From positions 1-64,000 of the forward strand of contig JBEKTQ010000002.1 in assembly GCA_049515895.1 (NCBI GenBank): a DNA stretch of 64,000 nt. The letters are read 5' to 3'. How positions within the stretch are numbered: position 1 is the first letter of the stretch; every line of letters begins with the position of its first letter. Below the pieces are notes generated by a model. It saw nothing but the letters and a program-made list of their open reading frames with translations. It was not told the origin of the DNA and did no database searches. Source of the DNA: Candidatus Bathyarchaeia archaeon. Its GTDB lineage: Archaea > Thermoproteota > Bathyarchaeia > Bathyarchaeales > Bathycorpusculaceae. This document shows positions 49,609-58,169 of the stretch, one piece after another. The translations under genes and the position numbers were made by a program.

Positions 49609-50982
49609 CTATGCTGGTTTTAGGTTGCCAAACGCGTTTTGAACAACCTCGGTCATGGCGGGATGGATGTGCATGCCTTGGGCGATTGGCGCGTAGCTTC
49701 CAGTTTCAGAAACCATTGCGTTAACGATTTCTTGAATCAGAATTGAAGCTTCAGGACCAATGATGTGCCCGCCGAGGATTTTACCCGTTTCAGCGTCAAC
49801 AATCACTTTCACGAAGCCTTCAGGAAAACCCATTGCAGCACCCATTGCTGTATCCCGATAAAGCGCGTTGCCAATAACAACTTTATGGGACTGCTGTTTG
49901 GCTTCTTCCTCTTTTAAGCCGACAGAGGCAACCTGAGGATGGGTAAAAACTGCGCGGGGGGCTGCCGAGAAATCCATTGGAATCTTGTGGTCATGCATGG
50001 AGTTGTGCCAAACTATCCCTGCTTCGTAGTTGGCTACGTGTTTGAACATTTGCATGCCTATAGCGTCGCCGAAAGCCCAAACATTCTTTTTGCTGGTTTC
50101 AAGGTATTCGTTAACTTTGATGAAATTGTGCCTGTCAAGCGTAACACCTGTCTTTTCAGGCTTCAAAACATCAGCGTTAGATACCCTGCCCGTGGCGACC
50201 AGCACCTCTTCAGCGCTGAATTCACTTTGGCGTCCATCCAGGCGGCTTCTTGCAACAAGCGTTTTGGTTTCACCCTTCTGCATCGCTTCCAAAACCTCAA
50301 AGCCCGTATATATTTCCATCCGCGTTTGCATCTCTTTCTTAAGTAACTCGCTGATTTCGGGTTCCTCATCAGGCAACACACGGTTTGGTCTTTGCAGTAT
50401 AGTTGTTTTTGTGCCGATCCCTGAGAAGAAGTGCCCGTACTCCATGCCTACGTATCCTCCGCCCACGATCAGTATACTTGTTGGCGGCTTTTGCATTTCC
50501 AGAACCGTATCGCTTGTCAAGTAACCTATTTTGTCAATGTCTTTGATCAAAGGTAACCCATGACGTGCTCCTGAAGCGATAAAAATTTTGGGGGCTGTAA
50601 TCGTACGCTGACCAACCTGGATGGTGTAATCGGAGATAAACTCGCCTGTTTCTTTGAACCAAACAAGATCAGGGGAGGCTTCCACCGCTAAAGCCTGATG
50701 TCCAGAGTCCTCCTCTACCAGCGAATGCATTCTGCCCATGATATTGTTAAAATCCACAGAATCCACGGTTGCATTAACTCCAAGTTTTCCCGCCGCCTTG
50801 ATATTGGCGATGACATCTGTTGGGTAAATCAGCATCTTAGAGGGAACGCAACCCACGTTTATGCAGGTGCCTCCCATTTTTCCATGTTCAACCAGCGCTA
50901 CTCTTAAGCCTTGGTCGACCGCGGCCGAGGCAACAAGCATTCCAGAACCTGAACCGATAACGATCACGTCAAAATGTTCCAT
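49609..50982 (-). CDS. class I pyridine nucleotide-disulfide oxidoreductase (dihydrolipoamide dehydrogenase/mycothione reductase-like)
   Basis: GSGSG, GGTCINVGCVPSK, GGGYVG.E, ATGR, GD, HIHPAMTE. Confidence 0.9.
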   Translation of the reverse strand: MEHFDVIVIGSGSGMLVASAAVDQGLRVALVEHGKMGGTCINVGCVPSKMLIYPTDVIANIKAAGKLGVNATVDSVDFNNIMGRMHSLVEEDSGHQALAVEASPDLVWFKETGEFISDYTIQVGQRTITAPKIFIASGARHGLPLIKDIDKIGYLTSDTVLEMQKPPTSILIVGGGYVGMEYGHFFSGIGTKTTILQRPNRVLPDEEPEISELLKKEMQTRMEIYTGFEVLEAMQKGETKTLVARSRLDGRQSEFSAEEVLVATGRVSNADVLKPEKTGVTLDRHNFIKVNEYLETSKKNVWAFGDAIGMQMFKHVANYEAGIVWHNSMHDHKIPMDFSAAPRAVFTHPQVASVGLKEEEAKQQSHKVVIGNALYRDTAMGAAMGFPEGFVKVIVDAETGKILGGHIIGPEASILIQEIVNAMVSETGSYAPIAQGMHIHPAMTEVVQNAFGNLKPA

Positions 50983-51096
50983 AATAAACCCTCATTCTTT
51001 GGAAAGAGGAGAGTTAAAGCAAATAAACTTTTCAACGGTTATCTGCGGTTGGAAAATCTTTTATGCGAGTTATAGGTAACATGATTGTGGATTTTC

Positions 51097-51195
51097 ATGG
51101 CAAAACCAGCTAAAATGACAAAAGCGGAAGAAGAAAAGAAAAAGAAAGCCTACTACAGCAAGAAAGAGAAAAAAGCTAAAGAAGTTAAAAAGTAG
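51097..51195 (+). CDS. 32-aa Lys-rich microprotein (below ORF-track cutoff)
   Basis: MAKPAKMTKAEEEKKKKAYYSKKEKKAKEVKK*; TTTTAT box upstream, T-tract right after stop. Confidence 0.5.
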   Translation: MAKPAKMTKAEEEKKKKAYYSKKEKKAKEVKK

Positions 51196-51949
51196 CTTTT
51201 TTGCTTAAGAAATTAGGTAGAGCTCTCTGGTCGTGCATAGGGTTGAAGCTCTTCAGCTCGTCTTTTGTTAGTGGTAACACTATTCTGGACACCAATCCGT
51301 TTAGGCTGTAAGGTAGCCGTATGAGACGCATTTCTCCAGAAGTAACCCACTCGTCAATGTGTAAGCCTTCTTTCTTCACCTGATGCGCAATCTGTAACCT
51401 TTCTTGAGTTTTTAGCCCGTAAGCTTGCGGGTCCAAAACATGAAGATGAAAGCCTCTGCCTGAATAAACAGCCTTAACCTCAGAAAAGCGTGTTGAAAGA
51501 AACTCATGTAGTCGTATCGCTTCCGCCTTAGCCATATCCAATTCTAATTCGCAGAAACTCAGCCCTTGCTGCCGACTCATCTTGTCCGCTAAGGTGCCAT
51601 GGATTGGGCAGGTGATGTTTTCTGGATCAAGGTCAAAAGCTAGCTCTTGCCCCTTTTTGCCTCCGCGTTCATCATAGACATTCCGGTCGTAGTATACCGC
51701 TTCTGGTAAAAACTCAAGTATTTGCCCCCGCACATCTTCCAAATTTGTGTACTCATCAACTATTATTGTCGTAGAAGCGTCTTCCCCGTATTTTTCAGGA
51801 TAGATTTTGGTGTGTCTGCCAATGATTACTGCAAACCTAACCCTGCCCTGTTTAGTGCCAAACCATTGCGCCACCGCTTGCAGGTTGAACTCTGAGGTGT
51901 AAAACTGTTTTCTTTCATCTAATGCAGCGTATCTCATTCCAAATGGCAT
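51185..51949 (-). CDS. archaeo-eukaryotic primase small-subunit-like protein
   Basis: ELAFDLD (motif I), YSGRGFHLHV (II), IDEWVT..RLIRLPYSLNG (III); start MPFGMR chosen. Confidence 0.85.
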   Translation of the reverse strand: MPFGMRYAALDERKQFYTSEFNLQAVAQWFGTKQGRVRFAVIIGRHTKIYPEKYGEDASTTIIVDEYTNLEDVRGQILEFLPEAVYYDRNVYDERGGKKGQELAFDLDPENITCPIHGTLADKMSRQQGLSFCELELDMAKAEAIRLHEFLSTRFSEVKAVYSGRGFHLHVLDPQAYGLKTQERLQIAHQVKKEGLHIDEWVTSGEMRLIRLPYSLNGLVSRIVLPLTKDELKSFNPMHDQRALPNFLSKKATF

Positions 51950-52070
51950 GTAGTATTGACTCATAACAACCACTAAACAAGTAGTCATTCGTCCAAAAAA
52001 GGCTTTATCCAAAACTGAGGCGCAGAAAACCTAATATTTGACACTTGGCTGAGTTTAATTGGTGAAATTT

Positions 52071-52385
52071 TTGCCTATTGACCCTGATTTTCAAACAAAA
52101 CGCCAAGTTGTTGGCGAACATAATGGACACAAAGTTTGGGGACCAGTTGTAGCCCCGCAGAAACTGGGAATTCATGGAACAACAAGCGCTGTGGACTGGG
52201 ATTCATGCGTTGGAGACGGCGTATGCATCGACGTTTGCCCAGTTTCGTTGTATGATTGGGCTGAATCCCCTGGGCACCCGCTTAGTGAACGCAAGTCTGA
52301 CCCAGCGAGAGAAAATGACTGCATACAATGCCTCGCCTGCGAAATGCAGTGCCCGGCTCAAGCGATAAAGATTACTCCCCACTGA
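52071..52385 (+). CDS. zfx: zinc-containing dicluster ferredoxin (Sulfolobus/Thermoplasma Zfx type)
   Basis: PIDPDF..VVGEHNGHKVWGP..LGIHG extension, CVGDGVCIDVCP, CIQCLACEMQCP. Confidence 0.88.
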   Translation: MPIDPDFQTKRQVVGEHNGHKVWGPVVAPQKLGIHGTTSAVDWDSCVGDGVCIDVCPVSLYDWAESPGHPLSERKSDPARENDCIQCLACEMQCPAQAIKITPH

Positions 52386-52440
52386 GCACCGCAGGATTGT
52401 TCTAAAGTGGCAAGTATTATATTAGCAGACACTCCAAATA

Positions 52441-53130
52441 ATGCTTAGTGCACCGTCTATGAGCAGCGAATCAAACGGCAAAGTTATAACTGTCCTGCCG
52501 AGTGATGCTTCATCAAAAACCACTGATGTTGTGGAAAGCATAATCTCAGCAATTTTGGAAGCAGGCGAAGTTGATGTCGTTGGAATAAACGACGGGATTT
52601 TTCTTGCTTGTTCAGCTGTCAACATGGCGTCGGAAATCGCTAAAGTCTACGTTGAAGACTTATGCATTGGAGTTCTTGAAGCGCCATCGATCGGTAAAGC
52701 GTCCGCTATTTCTGCGCATCTAGGGCAGAAGCAAACGTGGGATTACGCAAAGATAGCTGAACAAGAAGAGAAAGGATTTGAAGACGTCGAAGAGCAAACA
52801 GTCAGCGTAAGCAGGTCAGCGACGTTTGAACGGCTTCTGACAATAAGTCTTTTGCGTCTTGCAAAATCCGATAAAATCAAGATAGTGGCTGCGGGCGGCT
52901 CAATCAACGACGCCGTTTCACTCGCGTTAAAGTTAACCACGGGTCAGATTTCCAAAGATCAAGTGGGGATCAAACTTGTACATCTTTATTCCATAATTAT
53001 GAGAAACGACCCCACAAAAAGCATAGCCGCGGTCTCTATCTACCTTCAAAAAGAGATACGCACAGAATACAGTAAAAGACAAAGAGATCTGTTTAAGAAA
53101 CTGGAAATCAAAAATTTCAACTCAGGTTAA
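52441..53130 (+). CDS. protein with two Alba-like domains
   Basis: VDVVGINDGIFLACSAVNMA..SAISAHL and IKIVAAGGSINDAVSLA..AAVSIYL resemble the Alba KARG.AI.KAVD.A..S.IEI.L pattern. Confidence 0.55.
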   Translation: MLSAPSMSSESNGKVITVLPSDASSKTTDVVESIISAILEAGEVDVVGINDGIFLACSAVNMASEIAKVYVEDLCIGVLEAPSIGKASAISAHLGQKQTWDYAKIAEQEEKGFEDVEEQTVSVSRSATFERLLTISLLRLAKSDKIKIVAAGGSINDAVSLALKLTTGQISKDQVGIKLVHLYSIIMRNDPTKSIAAVSIYLQKEIRTEYSKRQRDLFKKLEIKNFNSG

Positions 53131-53195
53131 AAACAGCAAAGGCTTAGAAAATCTACCAAAAAACTGAATAAAAAAAGATTTGTGATTTTAAGTGC

Positions 53196-53810
53196 TTACT
53201 TTTGAAGGCTTAGAGTTTTGTTTACTTTGTCCCAGTTGACGACGTTCCAGAAGGCATCAATGAACTTGGGTCGCTCATTCTTGTAGTCTACATAATACGC
53301 GTGTTCCCAGACATCTAGAACCATCAAGATTTTGAAGGTAGCGTAAACGTTAACGTTGTGCTTCTCTATTTGCATTATCAGTGGCCTCTCTATGCACGGG
53401 TGAACCGCTAGGGCAGCCCATCCTGAACCTTCAGTGGTTGCCGCCGCTTTCGTGAATTCTTTCTTGAATTGCTCAAAGCTTCCGAATTCCTTGTTGATCG
53501 CCTCGGCCAATGGGCCTGCAGGTTGTCCTCCGCCGCGTTTGCCAGCGGGCGCCATGTTTTCCCAGAAGATCGAGTGCAAGATGTGGCCGCCAACATTGAA
53601 GGATAAGTCTTTAAGCAACGCTTTCATGTCGGCTTCAACATTTTCTTTTCGCGCCTTGTCCAGTTTTTCGAAATCCGCGTTCGCGCCGTTCACGTAGGCT
53701 TGGTGGTGCTTGTCGTGGTGAAGCTTAAGCTGCGTCTCTGAAATGTAGGGTTCAAGGGCGTTGTAATCGTAGGGCAATTTTGGCAGACTAAAAGATTTTA
53801 CTTTCTCCAT
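53196..53810 (-). CDS. sod: Fe/Mn superoxide dismutase
   Basis: [34 protein letters not shown]. Confidence 0.96.
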   Translation of the reverse strand: MEKVKSFSLPKLPYDYNALEPYISETQLKLHHDKHHQAYVNGANADFEKLDKARKENVEADMKALLKDLSFNVGGHILHSIFWENMAPAGKRGGGQPAGPLAEAINKEFGSFEQFKKEFTKAAATTEGSGWAALAVHPCIERPLIMQIEKHNVNVYATFKILMVLDVWEHAYYVDYKNERPKFIDAFWNVVNWDKVNKTLSLQK

Positions 53811-53937
53811 AAAATTCACCAAAAATCAAACCAAACCAAAGGAGAAAACAACTAATATACTTTACCGTAAACGAAATTCAAGCAAAATCAGATCAGCTTA
53901 TAACCTTCTTTTTGATCTACTATTTACAGTGATTTTT

Positions 53938-54441
53938 ATGACTAAAACTGATGAAAACCTCAAGGACGCATTCGCAGGCGAATCCCAAGCGAATCGTATG
54001 TACTTGGCTTTCGCTAAGAAAGCGGATGAAGAAGGGTTCCCTCAAATTGCTAAACTGTTTAGGGCAGCGGCAGAAGCGGAAACAGTTCATGCGCACAACC
54101 ACTTGAAAGTGATGGGGCACGTGAAATCAACCAGCGAAAACCTTGGCACGGCCATTTCAGGCGAAACATACGAGTTCAAAAAAATGTACCCTGAGTTCAT
54201 CGCCGAAGCCAAGAAGGAAGGAAACAAAAAAGCTGAAACAAGTTTCAATTATGCAAACCAGGTTGAACAGATCCACGCCGCCATGTACCAGAAAGCACTT
54301 GACGCGTTGAAAACCAAGACTCAGCCAGCCAAAGCGGATTACTGGGTGTGTCCAGTCTGCGGAAATACGTTTGAAGGCTCCGCGCCTGATAATTGCCCAA
54401 TCTGTGCTACGCCGAAAGAAAAATTCATGCTGATAAAGTAG
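53938..54441 (+). CDS. rbr: rubrerythrin
   Basis: AFAGESQA, AETVHA, GE.YE..MYP, E.IH, CPVCG..CPIC. Confidence 0.95.
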   Translation: MTKTDENLKDAFAGESQANRMYLAFAKKADEEGFPQIAKLFRAAAEAETVHAHNHLKVMGHVKSTSENLGTAISGETYEFKKMYPEFIAEAKKEGNKKAETSFNYANQVEQIHAAMYQKALDALKTKTQPAKADYWVCPVCGNTFEGSAPDNCPICATPKEKFMLIK

Positions 54442-54575
54442 GAATAACAACCGCATTTTGTTTTTTACTTTTTTCTCTTTGCGTTTTGTTTGGGGCGCTA
54501 TTTTGAGCTGAGCGCTCTTTTTGCAAAGGTAAAGTTAAAAGAAAAGAAATTAGGGTGCAAAAACGATGCAATCTG

Positions 54576-55763
54576 TTAGGCTTTAATTTTTCGTGCGATT
54601 TGCCGCCCAAAATCAAAGCAGTTTTTTAAGTCGTCCACGTCTGGAACATATTTCACTTCGATTGCCGGCTCGTAAACATCGAAACCTGCTTTCTTTGCCA
54701 TTTCAACCATGCCTCGGACTGCGCCGCCGCCCCAGCCGTAGGAGCCGAAGAAGGCCCAGAGTTTTCCCTTAGGCTTCAACCCAGTTATGTAAGTGAGGAA
54801 GGAGCCCAGGGTAGGAAACATTTGGCTGTTCAGCGTCGGCGAACCCACAATGACTGCTTTCGCATCTAGTATTTCGGTCACGATATCGGTGTTGTCAGTC
54901 GCGCGTAGCTTGAGAACTTTAACATCAACGCCTTCGTAGGCTGCCCCTTCTTCAATGGCCCTCGCCATCTTGTCAGTGCTTCCCCACATAGTATCAAAAA
55001 CAATAATGACCTTTTGCGCCGACACGAATGAACTCCACTGAAGGTAAGCGTTAATGATTTTGGATGGATCTTTCCGCCAAATTACACCGTGGTCAGGAGC
55101 GATAATTTCTATTGGAATCCCCATCTGCACGACTTCCTGGACCTTTCGGATGATCAACGACGCAAAGGGCGTCAAAATGTTCGCGTAGTAAGTTTTAGCT
55201 TCCTCCATAAGCACCTGCTGGTCAACCTCATCGTCGAAGCGTCCGCTGCTTGCGTAGTGCTCCCCAAAAGCGTCGTTTGACATCAAGATTTTGTCTTCAA
55301 CAATGTAAGTGAACATGCTGTCTGGCCAATGCAGCATAGGCGTTTCAAGAAACCGCAGCGTGCGCTTACCAAGCTTAAGCTCGTCGCCTGTCTTGACGAC
55401 TTCAACCTTGCTGAACTCCGCGCCGTAATGCTCGATAAGAGCGTCTTTGCCTCTTTGGCACGCGATTATCTTGGCGTTCTTCGCTAGCTTGGCGATTTCG
55501 GGTAGACTGCCTGAATGGTCCATCTCCACGTGGTTAACAATGATGTAATCGATTTTTTCAAAGTTAACTAGCTCTTCGACGTTACGTGCGAGTTCTTCAG
55601 CGAAGTTGCATTTCACCGTGTCGATAAGTGCGGTCTTTTCATCCCTGATGAGATATGCGTTGTAGCTTGTGCCTCGGCTGGTAACGTACCCGTGGAAGTC
55701 CCTTATGTTCCAGTCGACGACTCCAACCCAGTTTATTCCTTCCTTCAAAACAACATTTGGCAT
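54576..55763 (-). CDS. fprA: flavodiiron protein (FprA, type A flavoprotein)
   Basis: GTSYNAY, NHVEMDHSG, LHWPD, DAFG.H, PDHG, TMWGST, FGSYGW. Confidence 0.95.
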   Translation of the reverse strand: MPNVVLKEGINWVGVVDWNIRDFHGYVTSRGTSYNAYLIRDEKTALIDTVKCNFAEELARNVEELVNFEKIDYIIVNHVEMDHSGSLPEIAKLAKNAKIIACQRGKDALIEHYGAEFSKVEVVKTGDELKLGKRTLRFLETPMLHWPDSMFTYIVEDKILMSNDAFGEHYASSGRFDDEVDQQVLMEEAKTYYANILTPFASLIIRKVQEVVQMGIPIEIIAPDHGVIWRKDPSKIINAYLQWSSFVSAQKVIIVFDTMWGSTDKMARAIEEGAAYEGVDVKVLKLRATDNTDIVTEILDAKAVIVGSPTLNSQMFPTLGSFLTYITGLKPKGKLWAFFGSYGWGGGAVRGMVEMAKKAGFDVYEPAIEVKYVPDVDDLKNCFDFGRQIARKIKA

Positions 55764-55768
55764 GTTTT

Positions 55769-56212
55769 TTACTCCTTTGTCACGTTTAGCTTGTAGGCTA
55801 TTTTGACGCCTGCCTTCTCGAAAAGTATCCCGACTGGGCACGTTTCAAGCGTTAACTTATGCAGTCGCTCAACCCTATTCTGCGTCGCATCCATCTTGAT
55901 GCTTATGTCAAAGGTTTCTTCGCTTACGGTTCCAGTTTCATCCGATTTCACGGCTTCAACCTTGACTTTGGCGCCTTTGAGCACCAAATGCATCTTCTTT
56001 GCCACTAAAGCAAGAATTGTAACGTAGCAGCCTGCGTGACTCATGAGGCAGAGTTCGAGAGAACTAGGGCCCAACCCTGTTCCGAGGTCAGGCGCGAGAT
56101 CCACAACCGTGCTGTGGGCTTCACCATCGTCAAGCATAATTTGGAAGCCGTCAATCAATTTGGCGTTTGCATAGATTTTCGTAGTCAAACCTTTCATCTC
56201 CAAATAAGACAA
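55769..56212 (-). CDS. OsmC-family protein
   Basis: G.G.GPS.LEL....AGC and later CPV. Confidence 0.85.
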   Translation of the reverse strand: MSYLEMKGLTTKIYANAKLIDGFQIMLDDGEAHSTVVDLAPDLGTGLGPSSLELCLMSHAGCYVTILALVAKKMHLVLKGAKVKVEAVKSDETGTVSEETFDISIKMDATQNRVERLHKLTLETCPVGILFEKAGVKIAYKLNVTKE

Positions 56213-56465
56213 GGAAAAATCAAGGTTTGATGGTTACAATTGTTTATATGGATTGCGTTTACGATTTTTCCGAAGCGGTTAATGCAAGTAAACCTGTTTC
56301 CAATTTCATAGGCGGAGGACAAATTGGTGACTGCTAACGCTCGTCCTAAGCCAGCCTTTGCATGAAACCCTTAGGAAAATCAAAAATCAATATATGCTTG
56401 AGCAATCTGTTTAATAGTGGAATTGCCCAAAAAGAAAGTGGCTGGAGATTTTGGAGGTCTAGCTC

Positions 56466-57110
56466 TTGAGTTTAATCCCAGACGATAAAAAAGAGTTACT
56501 TAAAGCCGACTTTAGTCAGAAACTGGTTGACCCAGTCAAAATCGTCATGTTTACCCAAGAGATTGAATGTCAATATTGTTCCCAAACAAGATCATTAGTG
56601 CAAGAATTGCCCCCTCTAAGCGATAAAATAACATTAGAGGTTCTTGATTTTGTAGCTGACGCAGCCAGAGCCAAAGAATTAGGAATCGACAAGATACCTG
56701 CATTAGCAATTATCGGCAAGAAAGACTACGGCGTGAGAATTTACGGGATACCTTACGGTTACGAACTTCAAACATTGATTGAGGCGATAATCACCGTTTC
56801 AAAAGGAGTAACTGACCTTTCAGAAAATACCAAATCGATTCTCAAAGAGGTCAAGTCGCCAGTTCACATACAAGTCTTCGTAAGCTTAACTTGTCCGCAC
56901 TGCCCAGCAGCCGCCGCGGTTGCCCATAAATTGGCGGTCGAAAGCGAGTTGGTTAAGGCAGACGTCATTGACAGCGGCGAGTTTCCTGATTTAGCCATGA
57001 AGTACAACGTGATTGGCGTGCCCAAAATAATAATTAACGAGAAAATAGAGTTTGTCGGAGCATTCAACGAAGACTTGTTCGCCGAACATGTCCTATTGGG
57101 AGCCTTCTAG
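56466..57110 (+). CDS. protein disulfide oxidoreductase (two thioredoxin folds, PDO)
   Basis: CQYC and CPHC, G.P.GYE, V.GVP. Confidence 0.92.
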   Translation: MSLIPDDKKELLKADFSQKLVDPVKIVMFTQEIECQYCSQTRSLVQELPPLSDKITLEVLDFVADAARAKELGIDKIPALAIIGKKDYGVRIYGIPYGYELQTLIEAIITVSKGVTDLSENTKSILKEVKSPVHIQVFVSLTCPHCPAAAAVAHKLAVESELVKADVIDSGEFPDLAMKYNVIGVPKIIINEKIEFVGAFNEDLFAEHVLLGAF

Positions 57111-57127
57111 ACGAGGCAGGTTAGCGA

Positions 57128-57964
57128 GTGAGCCAACAAACAAAAAGCGAACCTTTGGCTCTGGTGTTTGTTTACAGCAAAGACTTCATGGAACGGGTAA
57201 TCCGCAACTTAATCAACGATCCATGTTTCTGCCAATCATGCGGACTCTATTGCGAATCATGCAAATACAACGTTTACAGTTTCGTTAAGAACGTTCGCGC
57301 GGCCATCCAGCTTCCCAGCCCTGCAGATCTGCCAGCCTTCATAGACAACCCTGAAGAGTTTATGCCTAAGAAACTACCTGAAACTGACGTCTGCTTGGCT
57401 TCAGGTTTGCATAAGGATCTACTTTTGGAGCTGCCTAATCAGCTTAAGAAGGCGGGTATAAAAGCGTTGATTGCCCCCATAGAAGACTGGATTGAAGTGC
57501 CCGTCGGCGTCAGGAAACAGGTTGAGACACGCTGCAAGGAACTGGGGGTTGAATGTGCCTTTCCGAAACCTTTTTGCACGCTTGAGCCGGAGGCGGATAA
57601 GCCTATGATTGCACGCTTCATCGAAGAGACAAAAGTTGGACGCCCCAATCTTGAGATTACTTTGAGAATGGTTGACAAAAAAGAGGTCATTGAATGCGCC
57701 GTGGTTCGGCGAAGCGCTCCATGCGGTTCCACGTGGTACGTAGCTCGAAAATTAGCCGGCGTGGCCACGAAGCGAGAGGAACTCTACGATGCTATCTCGA
57801 AAGCGCATCACAGCTACCCATGCACCGCAGCCATGACGACCGACCCTGAAACCAAAGAACCTGTTCTGCACATCGGCGGCTTCACGATTCGGGAAGAAGT
57901 CGAGAAAGCGATAGAAAAAGAGCGCGCAAGAATTAAAAAAGAAAACGAAAAAATAAATGTCTAA
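57128..57964 (+). CDS. DUF166-family protein
   Basis: FIDNPEE, LH.DL, PKPFC.L, G.P, RSAPCGSTW.VA, YPC.A. Confidence 0.8.
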   Translation: MSQQTKSEPLALVFVYSKDFMERVIRNLINDPCFCQSCGLYCESCKYNVYSFVKNVRAAIQLPSPADLPAFIDNPEEFMPKKLPETDVCLASGLHKDLLLELPNQLKKAGIKALIAPIEDWIEVPVGVRKQVETRCKELGVECAFPKPFCTLEPEADKPMIARFIEETKVGRPNLEITLRMVDKKEVIECAVVRRSAPCGSTWYVARKLAGVATKREELYDAISKAHHSYPCTAAMTTDPETKEPVLHIGGFTIREEVEKAIEKERARIKKENEKINV

Positions 57965-57994
57965 ACACGGAAAGTCTTTGCGGTTTTCCTGTTC

Positions 57995-58141
57995 TTAGGC
58001 GCCTGCGTATTTTGTTGGGTTTTTGTCAAATGTTGTTTTGCAGGTGGGTGCGCAGAAGTAGTACGTTTTGCCTTTGTAGTCGGATTTGAATTTAGCTTTT
58101 TTCTCGTCAACCACCATGCCGCAAACTGGATCTTTAGCCAT
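57995..58141 (-). CDS. YHS/TRASH-domain metal chaperone
   Basis: DPVCGM.V..Y.GKTYYFC...CK..F...P.KY; GGAGGTGA upstream. Confidence 0.9.
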   Translation of the reverse strand: MAKDPVCGMVVDEKKAKFKSDYKGKTYYFCAPTCKTTFDKNPTKYAGA

Positions 58142-58169
58142 AAACATTTTCACCTCCAAAACGTCTAAG

